Of a DNA stretch of 64,000 nucleotides, positions 41,546 through 54,853 are shown in pieces. The position numbers were made by a program, and so were the translations under genes. Positions within the stretch are counted from its first letter, which is position 1. Each line of letters opens with the position of its first letter. Where the stretch lies: NCBI RefSeq assembly GCF_009914755.1, contig NC_060947.1. One strand, given 5' to 3'. Origin of the DNA: the human T2T-CHM13v2.0 reference genome, Homo sapiens. A model generated the notes under the pieces. That model made no database searches, had not been told where the DNA came from, and worked only from the letters and a program-made list of their open reading frames with translations.

Positions 41546-43824
41546 TAAAAATGCAATCAGGTTCCTAAGAGACTTCTTAATGTTCTTTTTTGGGATATGG
41601 ACTAATTTTTCTCATTCCGACTTTTTTCTTCCTACAAATTGGAGTCTCCTACTTTCTAGGAGACATTTTTACTTTAAAACAGCAGTACAAATGCTATGCC
41701 ACTCCCCCAGATTTGCAATAGAAGGGTCTGGCATCATCCCTGGGTCATCCCCACCTGCAGTGCCTGCTGCTGGCTGCAGAAAGCAACCATTGTGCCCTCG
41801 GAGAAGAACGTTTCTTGTGAGCCCCTGCCCTGCCTCCCTTTCTTGAGTATTTTGGTTCCTTCTAATGCTAATTTTTCAACTGCTCTCTCTAGAGTTAATT
41901 CCAAACTCCTAAAGTTAAAAGGAAAACAGGTTCTCCTGGTGGAGAGATGCAGCTGTTCTATTATTTGTCTTCATTCAAAAAATAGCTATCCCCCAGCCCA
42001 TTACCATATCCATGCATTTCTACTATGCTGCACAGCTAATGACTACATTAAGCATTTGGAAGGTCTGCATTATTGTATTACTGATAGCTCAGTGGCTGAA
42101 TACAATTATACTATGGATTGCTTAGGCTGTTGGGGTGATGGGAAGAAATAAACTTTCTGGAGGGGCAGTGTAGATTCAGTGTTACCACGGTGGTGGGGTG
42201 CCACCGGAACTGCCAGATCTACATCCCTATTATTGAAAGCGAAAACCAAAGATGAGATTTTAGAAATACTGCTTCCATGTTGGGGCTACACGCATTATCA
42301 CTTACACACTATAGAGGAAGTTCAGCTGTCTTTGTTTTTTAGTAGATATGGGGTTGTGTGGTTTTAATGATGCAAAGAAATGGAGGAATTATGGATTTTC
42401 CTAAAATGTAACAGCTTCAGCAGTCGAAGGCTGTCCCAAGGTCATTTCACTGATCAGGAAAAAATCTAGGTTATCATGAACAATTAGCAGACGACAAGAA
42501 ATTGAGATTAGCATTAAAATTAGAAATTCTAAATTGGGAACTGATGGCCAGCAAGGCCTCACTTCCCCAGTTTTGCCGTATCCCTAGAACCAAGTTCAGG
42601 GTCCACAGCTTTAGGATTTTGTGTGTTTGCTTATTTTAACAGCTTCATTGAGATATAATTTACATACTATGAAATTTATTAATTTTAAATGTACAATTCA
42701 ATTGTTTTTATTAAATTCACAGTTGTGCAACCATCACCACCCTCCAGTTTTAGAAGATTTCTTTCACCACAGAGAGATCCCTGGTGTGCCCATTTATAGT
42801 CACTACCTATTTCCCCCAACCTCTCCCAAGACTTAAGCAACCACTAATCTACTTTCTGTCTCTACAGATTTCTCTCTTTTGGATAGTTTATACAAATGGA
42901 ATCACTCAAATGCAGTATGTATAATAGTATTTTGTGACTGGTTTCTTTCACTCAGCATAATGTTTTCAGGGTTCATCCATGTTGTAGCATTTATTGGTAT
43001 TTCATGTCTTTTTATGGATGAGTAATATCCCATTGTATGGATACAACACATTTTGTTTATCTATTAATCAGTTGTTGGATATTTATAGCTTGTTTACATT
43101 TTTTATATGTTATACATAATACTGCTATGAACACTTGTGCTGGGATATTGACAGAGATATGTTGAATCTACAGATCAATTTGGGGAAAATTGTCCCCTTA
43201 CCAATCCATGAACATGGAGTATTTCTCTATTTAATGTTCTTTATTTCCTGTGAACTGTGTTTTGTATTTGCCAGTCCACAAGTCTTGTACTTCTTTTGTT
43301 AAATTTATTTCTAAGTTTTTTATTTTCTGGATGCTATTATCAAGTAGATTATTTTCTTAGTTATTTTTACATTGCTGATTGCTAGTGTTTAGAAATACAA
43401 CTGATATTTTTATACTGATCTCTCATCCTTTAATATTGCTAAACTCATTAATTAGTTCTAATAATTTTATTGTATGTGAATTCAGAGGATTTTTGTAAAA
43501 AGAATTATGTCATCTGTGAATGAACATATTTTTATTTTTTCTTTTCCAAGCTTGAAGCCTTTTATTTCTTTTCCTTGCCTAATTGGACTGGCTAGAACCT
43601 CCAGTATGTTGTTGAATAGAAGTGGGGAGAACAGACATCCTCACCTTGTTTCCAGTCTTTTCCTGACATGCAGACAAAGCATTCAGTCTTCACCTTAAGT
43701 ATAATGTTAGCTGTACGTTTTTCATAGAAGTTCTCTCCTATTCCTAGCTTCTTGAGAATTTCAATCATGAATGGTTTTTGGGTTTTATCAACTTTTTAAT
43801 CCTTCCATTAAGATGATCATGTGA

Positions 43825-45144
43825 TAAAATGGGGAAAGGACACCTGATTCAACAAATAGTGCTGGGATAATTGGCAGGCCACATGTAGAAGAATAAAACT
43901 GGATTCTCATATCTCACCTTATACAAAAATAAACTCAAGAGGGATCAAGGGCTTAAATCTGAGACCTGAAACCATAAACATTCTAGAAGACAACATCATA
44001 AAAACCTTTCTAGACATTGGCTTAGGCGCAGACTTCATGACCAAGAACCCAAAAGCAAATGCAACAAAAACAAAGATAAATAGATGGGACTTAATTAAAC
44101 TCAAAAGCTTCTGCATAGCCAAAAAAAAAAAAAAAAAAACAGCAGAGTAAACAGACAACTCACCAACTCACACAGTGGGAGAAAATCTTCACAATCTGTA
44201 CATCCAGCAAAGGAATAATATCCAGAATCTACAAGGAACTCAAACAAATTAGCAAGAAATAAACAAGTAATTCCATTCAAAAAGTGGGCTAAGGACATGA
44301 ATACACAATTCTCAAAAGAAGATACACAAATGGTCAACAAACATATGAAAAAATGTTCAACATCGCTAATGATCAGGGAAATGCAAATCAAAACCACAAT
44401 GTGATATCACCTTACTCCTGTAAGAATGGCCATAATCAAAAAATAAAAAAAAAAAATAGATGTTGGCATGGATGTAGTGGAAAGGGAACACTTTTACACT
44501 GCTTGTGGGAATCTAAACTAGTACAACCACCAGGAAAAACAGTGTGGAGATTCCTTAAAGAACTAAAAGTAGAACAACCATTTGATCCAGCAATGCCACT
44601 ACTGGGTATCTACCCAGAGGAAAAGAAGTTATTATACGAAAAAAGATACTTGCACATGCATGTTTATAGCAGTAAAATTTGCAATTGCAAAAAAATGAAC
44701 CAAGCCCAAATGCCCATCAATCAATGAGTGAGTGGATAAATAAATTGTGATATATACATTATATATATATACTATACACCATGGAATACTACTCAGCCAT
44801 AAAAAGGAATGAAATAATGGCATTTACAGCGACCTGGATGGAATTGGAGATCATTATTCTGAGGGAAGTAACTCAGGAATAGAAAACCAAACACTGTATT
44901 TCTCACTTATAAGTGGGAGCTAAGCTATGAGGATGCAAAGGCATAAGAATGATACAATGGACTTTGGGGACTTGGGGGAAAGAGTGGGAATGGAGTGAAG
45001 GATAAAAGACTACAAATCGGGTACAGTGTAAACTGCTCAGGTGATGGGTGCACCAAAATCTCAGAAATCACCACTAAAGAACTTATTCATGTAACCAAAC
45101 ACCACCTGTTCCCTCAAAAACCTGTGGATATAAAAAATAAAAAA
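43825..45144 (+). mobile_element. 5'-truncated L1PB (PB1-like)
   Basis: Ends caccacctgttccctcaaaaacctgtggatataaaaaa; TSD aagatgat(c/a)atgtga at 43810-43824 and 45145-45159. Confidence 0.9.
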
Positions 45145-45575
45145 AAGATGATAATGTGAGTTTTGTCCTTCATTCTATTGATACGGTGTATTACTTCAAT
45201 TGATTCTCATATGTTTAACCAACCTTGCATTTCTGGAATAAATCCCACTCATTCATTGTGTTATAATTCTTTCTATATGTTACTGGATTAATTTTGTAAT
45301 ATGTTGAGAATTTTGCATTTATGTTTATAAGGGCTGTTGGTCTGTAGTTTTTTTTCCTTAATATTTCATTGTCTGGCTTTGGTATAAGAATAAAACTGGA
45401 CTTTTAGAATGTGTTGGGAAGTCTTCCCTCAGCTTCTATCTTTTTTTTTTTTTGGAAGAATTTTTATTAACTCATCTTTAAATGTTAGGTTAAATTCACT
45501 AGTGAAGCCTTCTGGGCCTGGGCCTTTGTGTGGGATTTTTTAAAAATGCTAATTTGATCTCTTCACTTATTATAG

Positions 45576-46172
<597 letters not shown>

Positions 46173-46954
46173 CCTTATTTTCGTAAGATCAATATTGATG
46201 TTCCCTTTTTCGTTCCTGATTTTAGTCTTTCTTTTCTCTTTTTATTTGTCAGCCTGTCTAAAGATTTTTCAGTATTGTTGATCTTTTCAGAGAATCAACT
46301 ATTAATTTTGTTGATTTTTTTCTGTTTGTCTATATTCTCATTACTTTCCACTCTAGTCTTTATTATTTCCTCTTGCTGGTTTTGGAATGTTTATGGATTT
46401 TTTTTTTTTTAGTTTTTTTTTTTTAAGATGAAAGGTAGGTTATTGATTTGAGATCTTTCTTGGTTTTTAATATAGGCTTTTAAAGCTATAAATTTCCTTC
46501 TAAGCACTGCTTTATAGCTGCTTCTCACACATTTTTATATGTTATGCCTTCTTTTCACTCATCTTAATTTGTTTTCTAGTTCTTGTGATTTCTTCTTTGA
46601 ATCGTGAGTTGTTTAGGAGTGTGTTGTTTAATATCTGCATATTTAGGGATTTCCAAATTGTTTTCTGTTAATGATTTCTGATTTAATTCCGCTGTTGTCA
46701 GATACTTTGTATGATTTAAATCATCTTAAAATTATTGGGGTTTGTTTTATAGACTAACATACGCCTCTCCTGGAGAACATACCATGTGTAGTTGAGAAAA
46801 ATGTATATTCTCCTGATTTTAGATGGTGTGTTCTATAGATGTCTAAAAGATCTAGTTGGTTTATAGTGTTGTTCAAGTCTTAAATCACATTGTTAGTTTT
46901 CCATCTAGTTGTTCTTAGAGCTTCAGACTTAACTGATGACTATGAGTGACCTCT

Positions 46955-47160
46955 ATTTGCTGTCATGTACACTTTCTCCAAAATTCATCACAACAAACCT
47001 CTATAGTGGGTAGTATTATGACTATTTTTACACATAAGAAAATTGAGGCTAAGAGTTTAAAATGGCTTCTCAAGGACAGTCATGATAAGTGGCAGAGCCA
47101 AGAATCAATCTGACATCTTCTGAACTGACATCCATTGTTCATTCTACTGTATCATGTTGC
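46955..47160 (-). mobile_element. MIR
   Basis: ttttacacataagaaaattgaggctaagag...aagtggcagagccaagaatc. Confidence 0.7.
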
Positions 47161-47564
47161 TCTTCATGCACACCTTCCCTGTTTATGAACTGAGTGGTCT
47201 CCAGTTCTGACTTTCTCCTGACATACTGGGAATCTCACTTGACTCTGGAAGACTGAAATATTCTGTGTAGACAGAGACAATCCTGAGGGCCTGGAGTAGC
47301 CATGAGGACCTCTTCTTGAAGGAAATGAAAGGTAAAACTGGTATAGAGAGTACCACCTTAAAAAAAAAAAATCCCAGCCTGTTTTCCTGAGGTTTTTCAC
47401 AGTGACTATCATTTTTAAAGAAGAGGCCACTTACACTTTCACCAGACATGAGGCTTGGGAAGAATTTAGAAAACTGGTCTGATCTGACAAGACCCTCAGG
47501 CAGAGGAGCATATGGTGGCAGTGAAAGGTGAATCTGCTTAGGTCAGCTCCTAGAATTTGCAGGA

Positions 47565-47936
47565 TGTGACAGTTGATTTTGTGTCAACTTGGCTAGGCTA
47601 TGGTGCCAAGTTGTTGGGTAAAACATCAGTCTATATATTCCTCTGAATGGATCTTTTAGATTTAATATTTATATCAATAGACTTTGAGTAAAGCAGAGTA
47701 CTCTTCATAATGTGGGTGAGCTTCATCCAGTAAGTTGAAGGCCTTTAGAAAAAAAGACTGAGGTCCTCTGTGGAAGAAAGAATTTGCCTTCAGATTGCCT
47801 TAAGATTCAAGCTCCAATATCAACTCTTCTTTACCAACCTACAAGCCTACCCTGCAGATTTCAAACATGCCAGTCCTCACAAGTGCATGAGCTAATTTCT
47901 TAAACTAAACCTCTTGGGAGAAACTTGACTAATCCA
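47565..47936 (+). mobile_element. MLT2D-like solo LTR
   Basis: tgtgacagttgattttgtgtcaacttggctaggcta...gagaaacttgactaatcca; TSD cagga/caggg. Confidence 0.85.
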
Positions 47937-48343
47937 CAGGGCTCCAGATAAGATTATAAATGCAGGCTCAGACACCATATCTAAATATTTAAAATTTGTA
48001 CTAAATATTTAAAATTTGTAAATCAAGCTAACAAACTGTTCTATATTTCTACCTAAACAAATATATGTGTACAACAACCTGGAAAGCCACATTCAAATTT
48101 AAAATCCTTGGATTCCTTAGAGTTCTGTACCAAAATGTGGTGACATGAAGAGGACCAGACCCCAGCAACTGGCCCACCTGTCCCTCTTCTCTTCCTACTC
48201 TGGGTTCACCCTTCATTGTGAGGGGCCTTACACATGTTTATATGGGCCCCTATAGCCCATGCTTCTAAGTTTCATCCACACTCTCCCCAAATAACAAACA
48301 GCTGCCTCCTAGAAACCCCTTAAGCATACAGGTAATCATACAA

Positions 48344-48344
<1 letters not shown>

Positions 48345-48392
<48 letters not shown>
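48345..48392 (+). repeat. (TG)24 microsatellite
   Basis: Perfect dinucleotide run. Confidence 0.98.
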
Positions 48393-48396
<4 letters not shown>

Positions 48397-48872
48397 CAGG
48401 AATACAGAACCAGGAATGGAGTCTGTGAACTCTCTGGAAATAGGAATGGGCTTGCGAACATTTAGGCAGGGAATTCCAGCTTCCCAGGTGCCCACTCAGA
48501 TCTAGAAGGTGAACCAAGGATTCTGTATGGTTACATCTCCTCAGGTCCACTGTCTCCTTTTCAAAGTAAGGTTCTTTAAAGCACAGAGACCATATAGGGG
48601 TTATTTTTGCATGTGTCTAAATGTGGCGCTAAACCTTCAAATCCTCAGGGGAGAAAGATAAGGTAGAGCAAATGGCTAGTGGTTCCAGGGCCTTGCCCAC
48701 AGGAGGCGTTGCTCTTCCAAGGGCTCCTATCCAATCCTGAAAATAGAAATGGGAAGTCTGGGCAGTTTGTGCCAACAGGATAACCAATTAAACCATTTCC
48801 AGTGAGGCAAGGAGGGGAAACAATCTCAGAGGGAATAACTCATTCGTAGGCTTTGCAAACCTAGACTACTAG

Positions 48873-49221
48873 TACTATGATTTGAATATGTCCTCCAATT
48901 TTTATGTGTTTGAAAACTTAATACCCTAATTCACATGTTTATTGGAGGTGAGACATTTGGGAGTTACTTAGGATTACATAAAATCATCATGGTAGCTTTA
49001 TAAGAAGAGCAAGAGAGACCTGGTATGACGTGCATGCTCTTGCCCTCTCACCATGTGATATCCTACACCATGTTTTGACACAGCAAGAAGGCCCTCACAA
49101 GATGCTAGTGCCATGCTCTTGGACTGTTCAGCCTGCAGAACTGTAACAAATAAATTTCTTTTCTTTATAAATTACCCATTCTTGGGTATTCTGATATAGT
49201 TACAGAAAATAAAATGAGACA
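48873..49221 (+). mobile_element. MSTC/D-like MaLR solo LTR
   Basis: tactatgatttgaatatgtcctcc...cagcaagaaggccctcacaagatgc...aaatgagaca; perfect TSD actag. Confidence 0.88.
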
Positions 49222-50337
49222 ACTAGTTACCTCCACTTTCCTGTCTTATTTTCTCCAGTCAGGTTGCAACCTGCATCCCAAAAATTTCATCCATAGACCT
49301 ATGGTTTAATAGGTCTACAGGTCTCCAAGATCCTGTGGCTGGGACAAAAAGAAACCTATTCTGAGTCAAGGACTTCCTGGCTCAAGGATCTCCTCACTGG
49401 TTTATCCAAAGGTAATTCCCATTTAAATGGTTAGTGAACACCAAGACAACTGCTTAGTAGCTGTTCCCCTACTGGTATAGATTACCTAAAGTCTCTCCCA
49501 GAATAGAGTTCCAGCACATTTCCACCTTTCCAATGAGCTGCCAGGTTTGACTGGAGCCAGTAACTGTTTATTCATGCGTGACCAGGCTGCTGATAGAGAA
49601 GTAGTGCAATGCAGAAAGGCATTCAGCACTGGACCACCCATGAATGAGTGTGCTTATGTGTTGTAATTCCCTTGGTGCAGGTGGGCATCTGATACTCATT
49701 CATTCAGCACCAAGGGCTAGGCCAGGGCTCAGGACCAACTCAGCAGCAGCAATCTGTCATCTGTCACACACCTTCTTGTGTTGCCTTTCTCAGGTTGGCT
49801 GCAGCCTCTGAGCCATGACCCCGTAACCATTTCAAAGATAGCCATGGACACTAGAACTCTGTTTCAGAAGCTTTAAGACGTCTCTAGGAGAGGGGTGGCA
49901 ACCAAGTTATTTTATGCATGCTAACACCAGGTAGCACAGTATAAACAGGCACAAATTAGAAATATTTTGAAGAAAGAGAAGGGATTGAGTTAACCTATGA
50001 ACAGTGATGTGGACAGTTGCTTTCATGAAAAAAGAAACATACAGCAAATGAGGCCCCAGCTAACTACCTATTGTATGTGTCTACATTACAAAGAGAGAGA
50101 CAGAAAGGATTGAATTTGAGAGTGTGAAAATAAATAGGGAAGAAATGTGTTGGGCCACAGCCTCCCAGAGAGTGGCTCCCTAGGTCCCATTCACAGCACT
50201 GATTTAACTTCCTTCAGGATTTTTTTCAATGCCTATTTTCCTTTCCACTGCTCTGTTTAAAAAGAAATGTAATAACATTTCTTTTTAATAACAGAAAGGA
50301 GGTTATTTTTGATAAGTTTGGGGCTTTTAAACCACTA

Positions 50338-50870
50338 GTTCATTTAACAAACACTTCCTGAGTTATACTGTGTGCTAATCCATATGCCAGAGGTTGAGAC
50401 TATCTTGCTGAATAGAATAATCATGGCTCCTGCTCTCATAGGGTTTACCTTCTATTGGATGAGAGTGAGAAAAACAAAAATAAACACATAAGTATAATAA
50501 AAATGTTATCAAATAATAATAATGCCTATGAAAACAAAGTGGTAAAATGGCCAGCAACTGTGATGAGGTAGTCAGAGAAGGCTTCTCTCAAAAGATAACC
50601 TGTGATCTGAGAATTGAATGATGAGAAGAAGAAATCTGTGTAAATACCTGGGGGAAAAGCATTGCAGGTAGAGGGAACAGCAGATAAAAATGCCCTGAGG
50701 CATAAATGACCTTAAAGTGTCCAAGGAGATGCAAAAAGAAGAAGGAGAAGAAAGAGAAGAGGATGAAATTGGAGAGGCAGGTGAAAATGGGCCATCTAGG
50801 ACCTAGTAGTCTATGGTAACATATTAGGATTTTATTGTAAGTAAAATTATAATTTACTGGAGGAGTTTAT
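50338..50870 (-). mobile_element. L2 3' region
   Basis: ttcatttaacaaacacttcctgag...gtagtcagagaaggcttctc...gaattgaatgatgagaag...gggaacagcag. Confidence 0.8.
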
Positions 50871-51711
50871 ACATTCGCCCCACCTTCTTTAAATAATAGC
50901 ACCTCAGTTTTTTATTGTAAATATCTTCTTTCCTCCATTGAAAACAGTCCAGTGGGACTAACAGTCTCAATGCTCTGCTAGATCCTAGCCAAAGCAGAAG
51001 CCTAAATCAATATGTATTTTGTCTAGACATGTTTTTCTTTTGATTTTATGACAGCTTTATTGAGATATAACTCACATATCATCCAATTTATTTATTTAAA
51101 ATGGACAACTTCATGGTTTGTAATATGTTCACAGATATGTGCAATCCTCACTCCAGTTAAGAACATTTTAATTACCTCAAAAAAAAACCCTGAACTCTTT
51201 AGTTATCATCCTTCTACTCTCTCTCCTCTCCCTCTCCCATTCTAATCAACAACTAATCTACTTTCTGCCTCTGTAGTCTTGATTTGATGGACATCAAATA
51301 TAAATGGAATCATATGCGATCTTTTTTGACTGGCTTCTTGCACTTACCATAATGCTTTCAAGGCTCATCAACACTGTAGCTTGTATCAGTACATTGTTGC
51401 TTTTATGGCTGAATAATATTCCATTGTATGTATACCACATTTTGTTTATCCATTCTTCAGTTGATGAACATTTGGAATGTTTCTATCTTTTAACTGTTAC
51501 AAATAATGCTTTGTGGACATTTGTGTAGAAGTCTTTGTGTGGCCATGTTTTAAATTATCTTGAGTGAAAACCAGATTTGCTATCATATGGCCACTTTGTG
51601 TTGAACATTTTGAGGAACTACCAAACTGGTTTTCACAGTGGCTGTGTCAATTTAAATTCTCAACAAAAATGCATGAGGACTCCAATTGCTCTATATCCTC
51701 ACCAACACTTG

Positions 51712-52078
51712 TGCAGATGGACTGAATGTTTATGTCTCCCCAGAATTTTTATGTTGAAGCCTAATCATCAATGTGATAGTATTAAAAGTTGGGGCCTTTG
51801 GCAGGTGTTTAGCTGATAAGGGCTCTGCCTTTATGAATGAGATTAGTGCCTTTACAATAATAACTCTGGGGAACTAGCTAGCCCCCTTCCACTATGTGAG
51901 GATACAGTGGGAAGTCATGAACTATGAACCAGAGAGTGAGCCCTCAACAGACACAAAATCTGACAGAGCCTTATTCTTGGACTTCCTAGCCTCCAAAACT
52001 GTGAGCAATAAATTTTTCTTGTTTATAAGTTACCCAATCAAAAGTATTTTGTCATAGCAGACCAAACAGACTAACACA
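51712..52078 (+). mobile_element. MLT1A-type solo LTR
   Basis: tgcagatggactgaatgtttatgtctcccc...catagcagaccaaacagactaacaca; TSD acttg/actta. Confidence 0.88.
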
Positions 52079-52300
52079 ACTTATTTTCCTCTTTTTTCAA
52101 AAATTACAGCCATCCCAGGAGTTGCAAAGTTGTACCTAATTGTGGTTTTGATTTGTGTTTCCCTGATGGCTAATTATGTTGAGCATTCTTTCATGTACTT
52201 ACTGGCCCCTGTGTATTCTTTTTGGAGACATGTCTATTGAAATCCTTTGCCCATTTTTAATTGCCTTGCCTTTTAATTGTTTTTCAATTGTTTACCTGTT

Positions 52301-52680
52301 AAATTCATCAAGTATTGTTTCCAATCATAACAGTATGAAACTACAAATCAATAACAAGAAATTTTGGAAAATTGACAAATATATATAAAGTAAACAGTAT
52401 GCTCCTGAACAACCAATGAATCAAAGAAGAAATTAAAAAGGAAATTTAGAAATATATTGAGACAAATGATAATGAAAACAACATATCAATCCTATGATGT
52501 GCAGCAAAAGCAGTTCTAGGAGGAAAGTTCATATCAATAAATGCCTACATTATAAAAAGAAAGATTACAAATACAGAGCCTAACATTATGCCTCAAGGAG
52601 CTAGAAAGGGAAGGAAAAAACTAAACTCAAATTTAGCAGAAGGAAAGCAATAAAGATAAGAGTAAATATGAAAACAAATA
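52301..52680 (+). mobile_element. Sense L1 ORF2 fragment inserted in an antisense L1; paralog of 63643 onward
   Basis: 52301-52442 aligns to 63643-63779 with 14 mismatches and one 5-bp indel (manual count). Confidence 0.85.
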
Positions 52681-53245
52681 TATTGTGGGTGCTATATTAT
52701 TATCAGATATACAATTTGCAAAAATTTTCTTCAAAGACTTTAATTATGATATGCCAAAGATTTTACTCATGATGAATTCCAATTTACTTTTTTTAGTTGC
52801 TTGTGCTTTTGGTGTCATATACAGGAAACTATTACATAGTTCAAGGTCACAAAGTTGTATACCTTTGTTTTCTTCTAAGAGTTATATAATGTTAGTGCTT
52901 ATATTTAGGTTTTAATATATTTTGAGTTAATTTTTTTATATGGTGTGAGGGAGGAATTCAAATCCTTCTTTGCATGTGGATGTCCAGTTGTCTCAGCACC
53001 ATTCACTGAAAAAAACTAGTTGATAGATCATAGATATAATTTTTACCATAGACTTCTCAATTCAGTTCCATTGATCTATATGTCTATCTTTAAGACAGTA
53101 CCATATCTGTTGATTACTGGAGATTTATAGTAAGTCTTAAAATAAAGAAGGGTGTATCCTTCAACTTCCTTCTCTTCCAAAATGGTTTAAATTATTCTTG
53201 GTTCCTTGCATTTCCATGTGAATTTTAGGATCAGCTTATCCATGT

Positions 53246-54853
53246 CTAGGAGTATCTTTTTCATTCTTTTACTTTCAATGAATTAATGTTTTTGAACCTA
53301 AAGTGTCTCTTATAGACAGCTTATAGCTGGATAAAGTTTTGAACTAAATTCTGCAAATCTCTGCCTTTTAATTGCAATGTTTAATCTGTTTACATTTAAT
53401 GTAATTATTGATAAGGCAAGATTTATGTCTGCTATTTTGCTATTTATTTTCTATATGTAATTTATTTTTGTTTCTCAATTCCTCCATTACTGCTTTGTAT
53501 TGTGTTAAATATATATTTCATAGTGTACAATTTTTATTTGCTGTCATTTCTTTTACTGTGTATTTTTTAGTTATTTTCTTAGTGTTTTTCCTGAGGATTA
53601 CCCTTAACATATCAATTTATAAAATTCTAGTGCAGATTAATTCCAACTTAATTTCAATAGTGTACAAAGACCTTACTCCTTTGTGGAACTTTTCCTTCTT
53701 ATACTAATATAGTCAAAAATTATATCTTTATATTTGTGTGACTCTCAACTAGATTTATAATTATCACATCATGCAGTAGTCTTAAGTCAAATAGAATAGA
53801 AATGGTATTATACTGAAAAATGCACTTATACTGGTTTAGATAACCTACATAGTTATCTTTAACAGTTTTTTAAATTTCTTTATATGGATCTAGGTTGCAA
53901 TCTAGTTTTCTTTTATTTCTGTCTGAAGGTCTGCCAGTTACAAATTCTCTCAACTTTTTGTTTACCTGGGAGTATCTTACTTTCTTGTCTTTTAATGACA
54001 GTTTTTCTGTGTACAGAATTCTTGGTTGACAGTAGTTTTTATTTTTTCTCAGCATTTTGAAAATGTTATCACAGTTTTCTGCCTCCATGGTCTCTAATAA
54101 GAAATCAGCTGTTGATCTCATTAAAGCTCACTTGTAAGTGATGAGTCACTTCTCTCCTGCTGTTTTCAAGGTTCTTTCTTTGTCTTTGGATAATTTTATT
54201 ATGCTGTGTACTGGTGAAGATCTATTTGTGTTTCTCATATTTGGAGTTCATTGAGCTTCTTGGATGGGCAGATTAATTTCATCAAATTTGGGATGTTTTT
54301 TCATTGTATCTTCAAATACTATATTAACATCTTTCTTTCACTCCTTTTCTGGGACTTCCATTATGCATATTTTGGCACACTTGCTATTATTGCACAAGTC
54401 ACTGAAGCCTTGTTCATTTTTCTTCATCTTTTTTCTTTCTGTTCCTCAGACTAGAAAATCTCAATTGAACTAATTTCAGGTTACTTATTCTTCTGCCCAC
54501 TCATATGTGCTGTTGAGCCTTCCTTATGAATTTTTCATTTCAATTATTTCAATTCAATTATTTCACACCCCAGAATTTTTATTTGGCTCTTTTTAACTTA
54601 TATTTCTTTACTGATGGTCTCTATTTGTTGTGACATTGTTCTTATACTGCTCTTTAGTGATTTAGACATGGCGAAGTTTAGCTTTATGAATATATGTAAA
54701 TAGGAGATCTAAAGCTTTTGCCTAGTAAGTCCAATTTTAGGGCTTCTTCAAGGATTATTTCCATTGATTGCTTTTATACTTGTATATGGGTCATACATTC
54801 TTATTTCTTTTATGTCACATAACTTTTTGTTGAAAACACAAGAGTTCAAGTAA
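53246..54853 (-). mobile_element. Old L1M ORF1/ORF2-start region, antisense; resumes at about 57692-57900
   Basis: ORF 53870-54121 gives TADFLLETMEA...IFKMLR...CQPRILY...KLREFVTGRP, an L1 ORF1p remnant. Confidence 0.8.

Larger units (their letters stand above)
47540..48630 (+). mobile_element. MER115-like hAT-Tip100 DNA transposon split by MLT2
   Basis: accatatctaaatatttaaaa...aaatcaagctaacaaactg...acctggaaagcc resembles a recalled consensus; boundaries approximate. Confidence 0.5.
51030..53245 (-). mobile_element. L1MB-type 3' UTR and ORF2 end, antisense, with nested insertions
   Basis: acagctttattgagatataactcacat...gaataatattccattgtatg...ttgcttgtgcttttggtgtcata. Confidence 0.85.

Noticed and set aside
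41696-42151. 151-aa ORF in unique DNA
   Set aside because: No recognisable domain, poor start context and random-looking composition.
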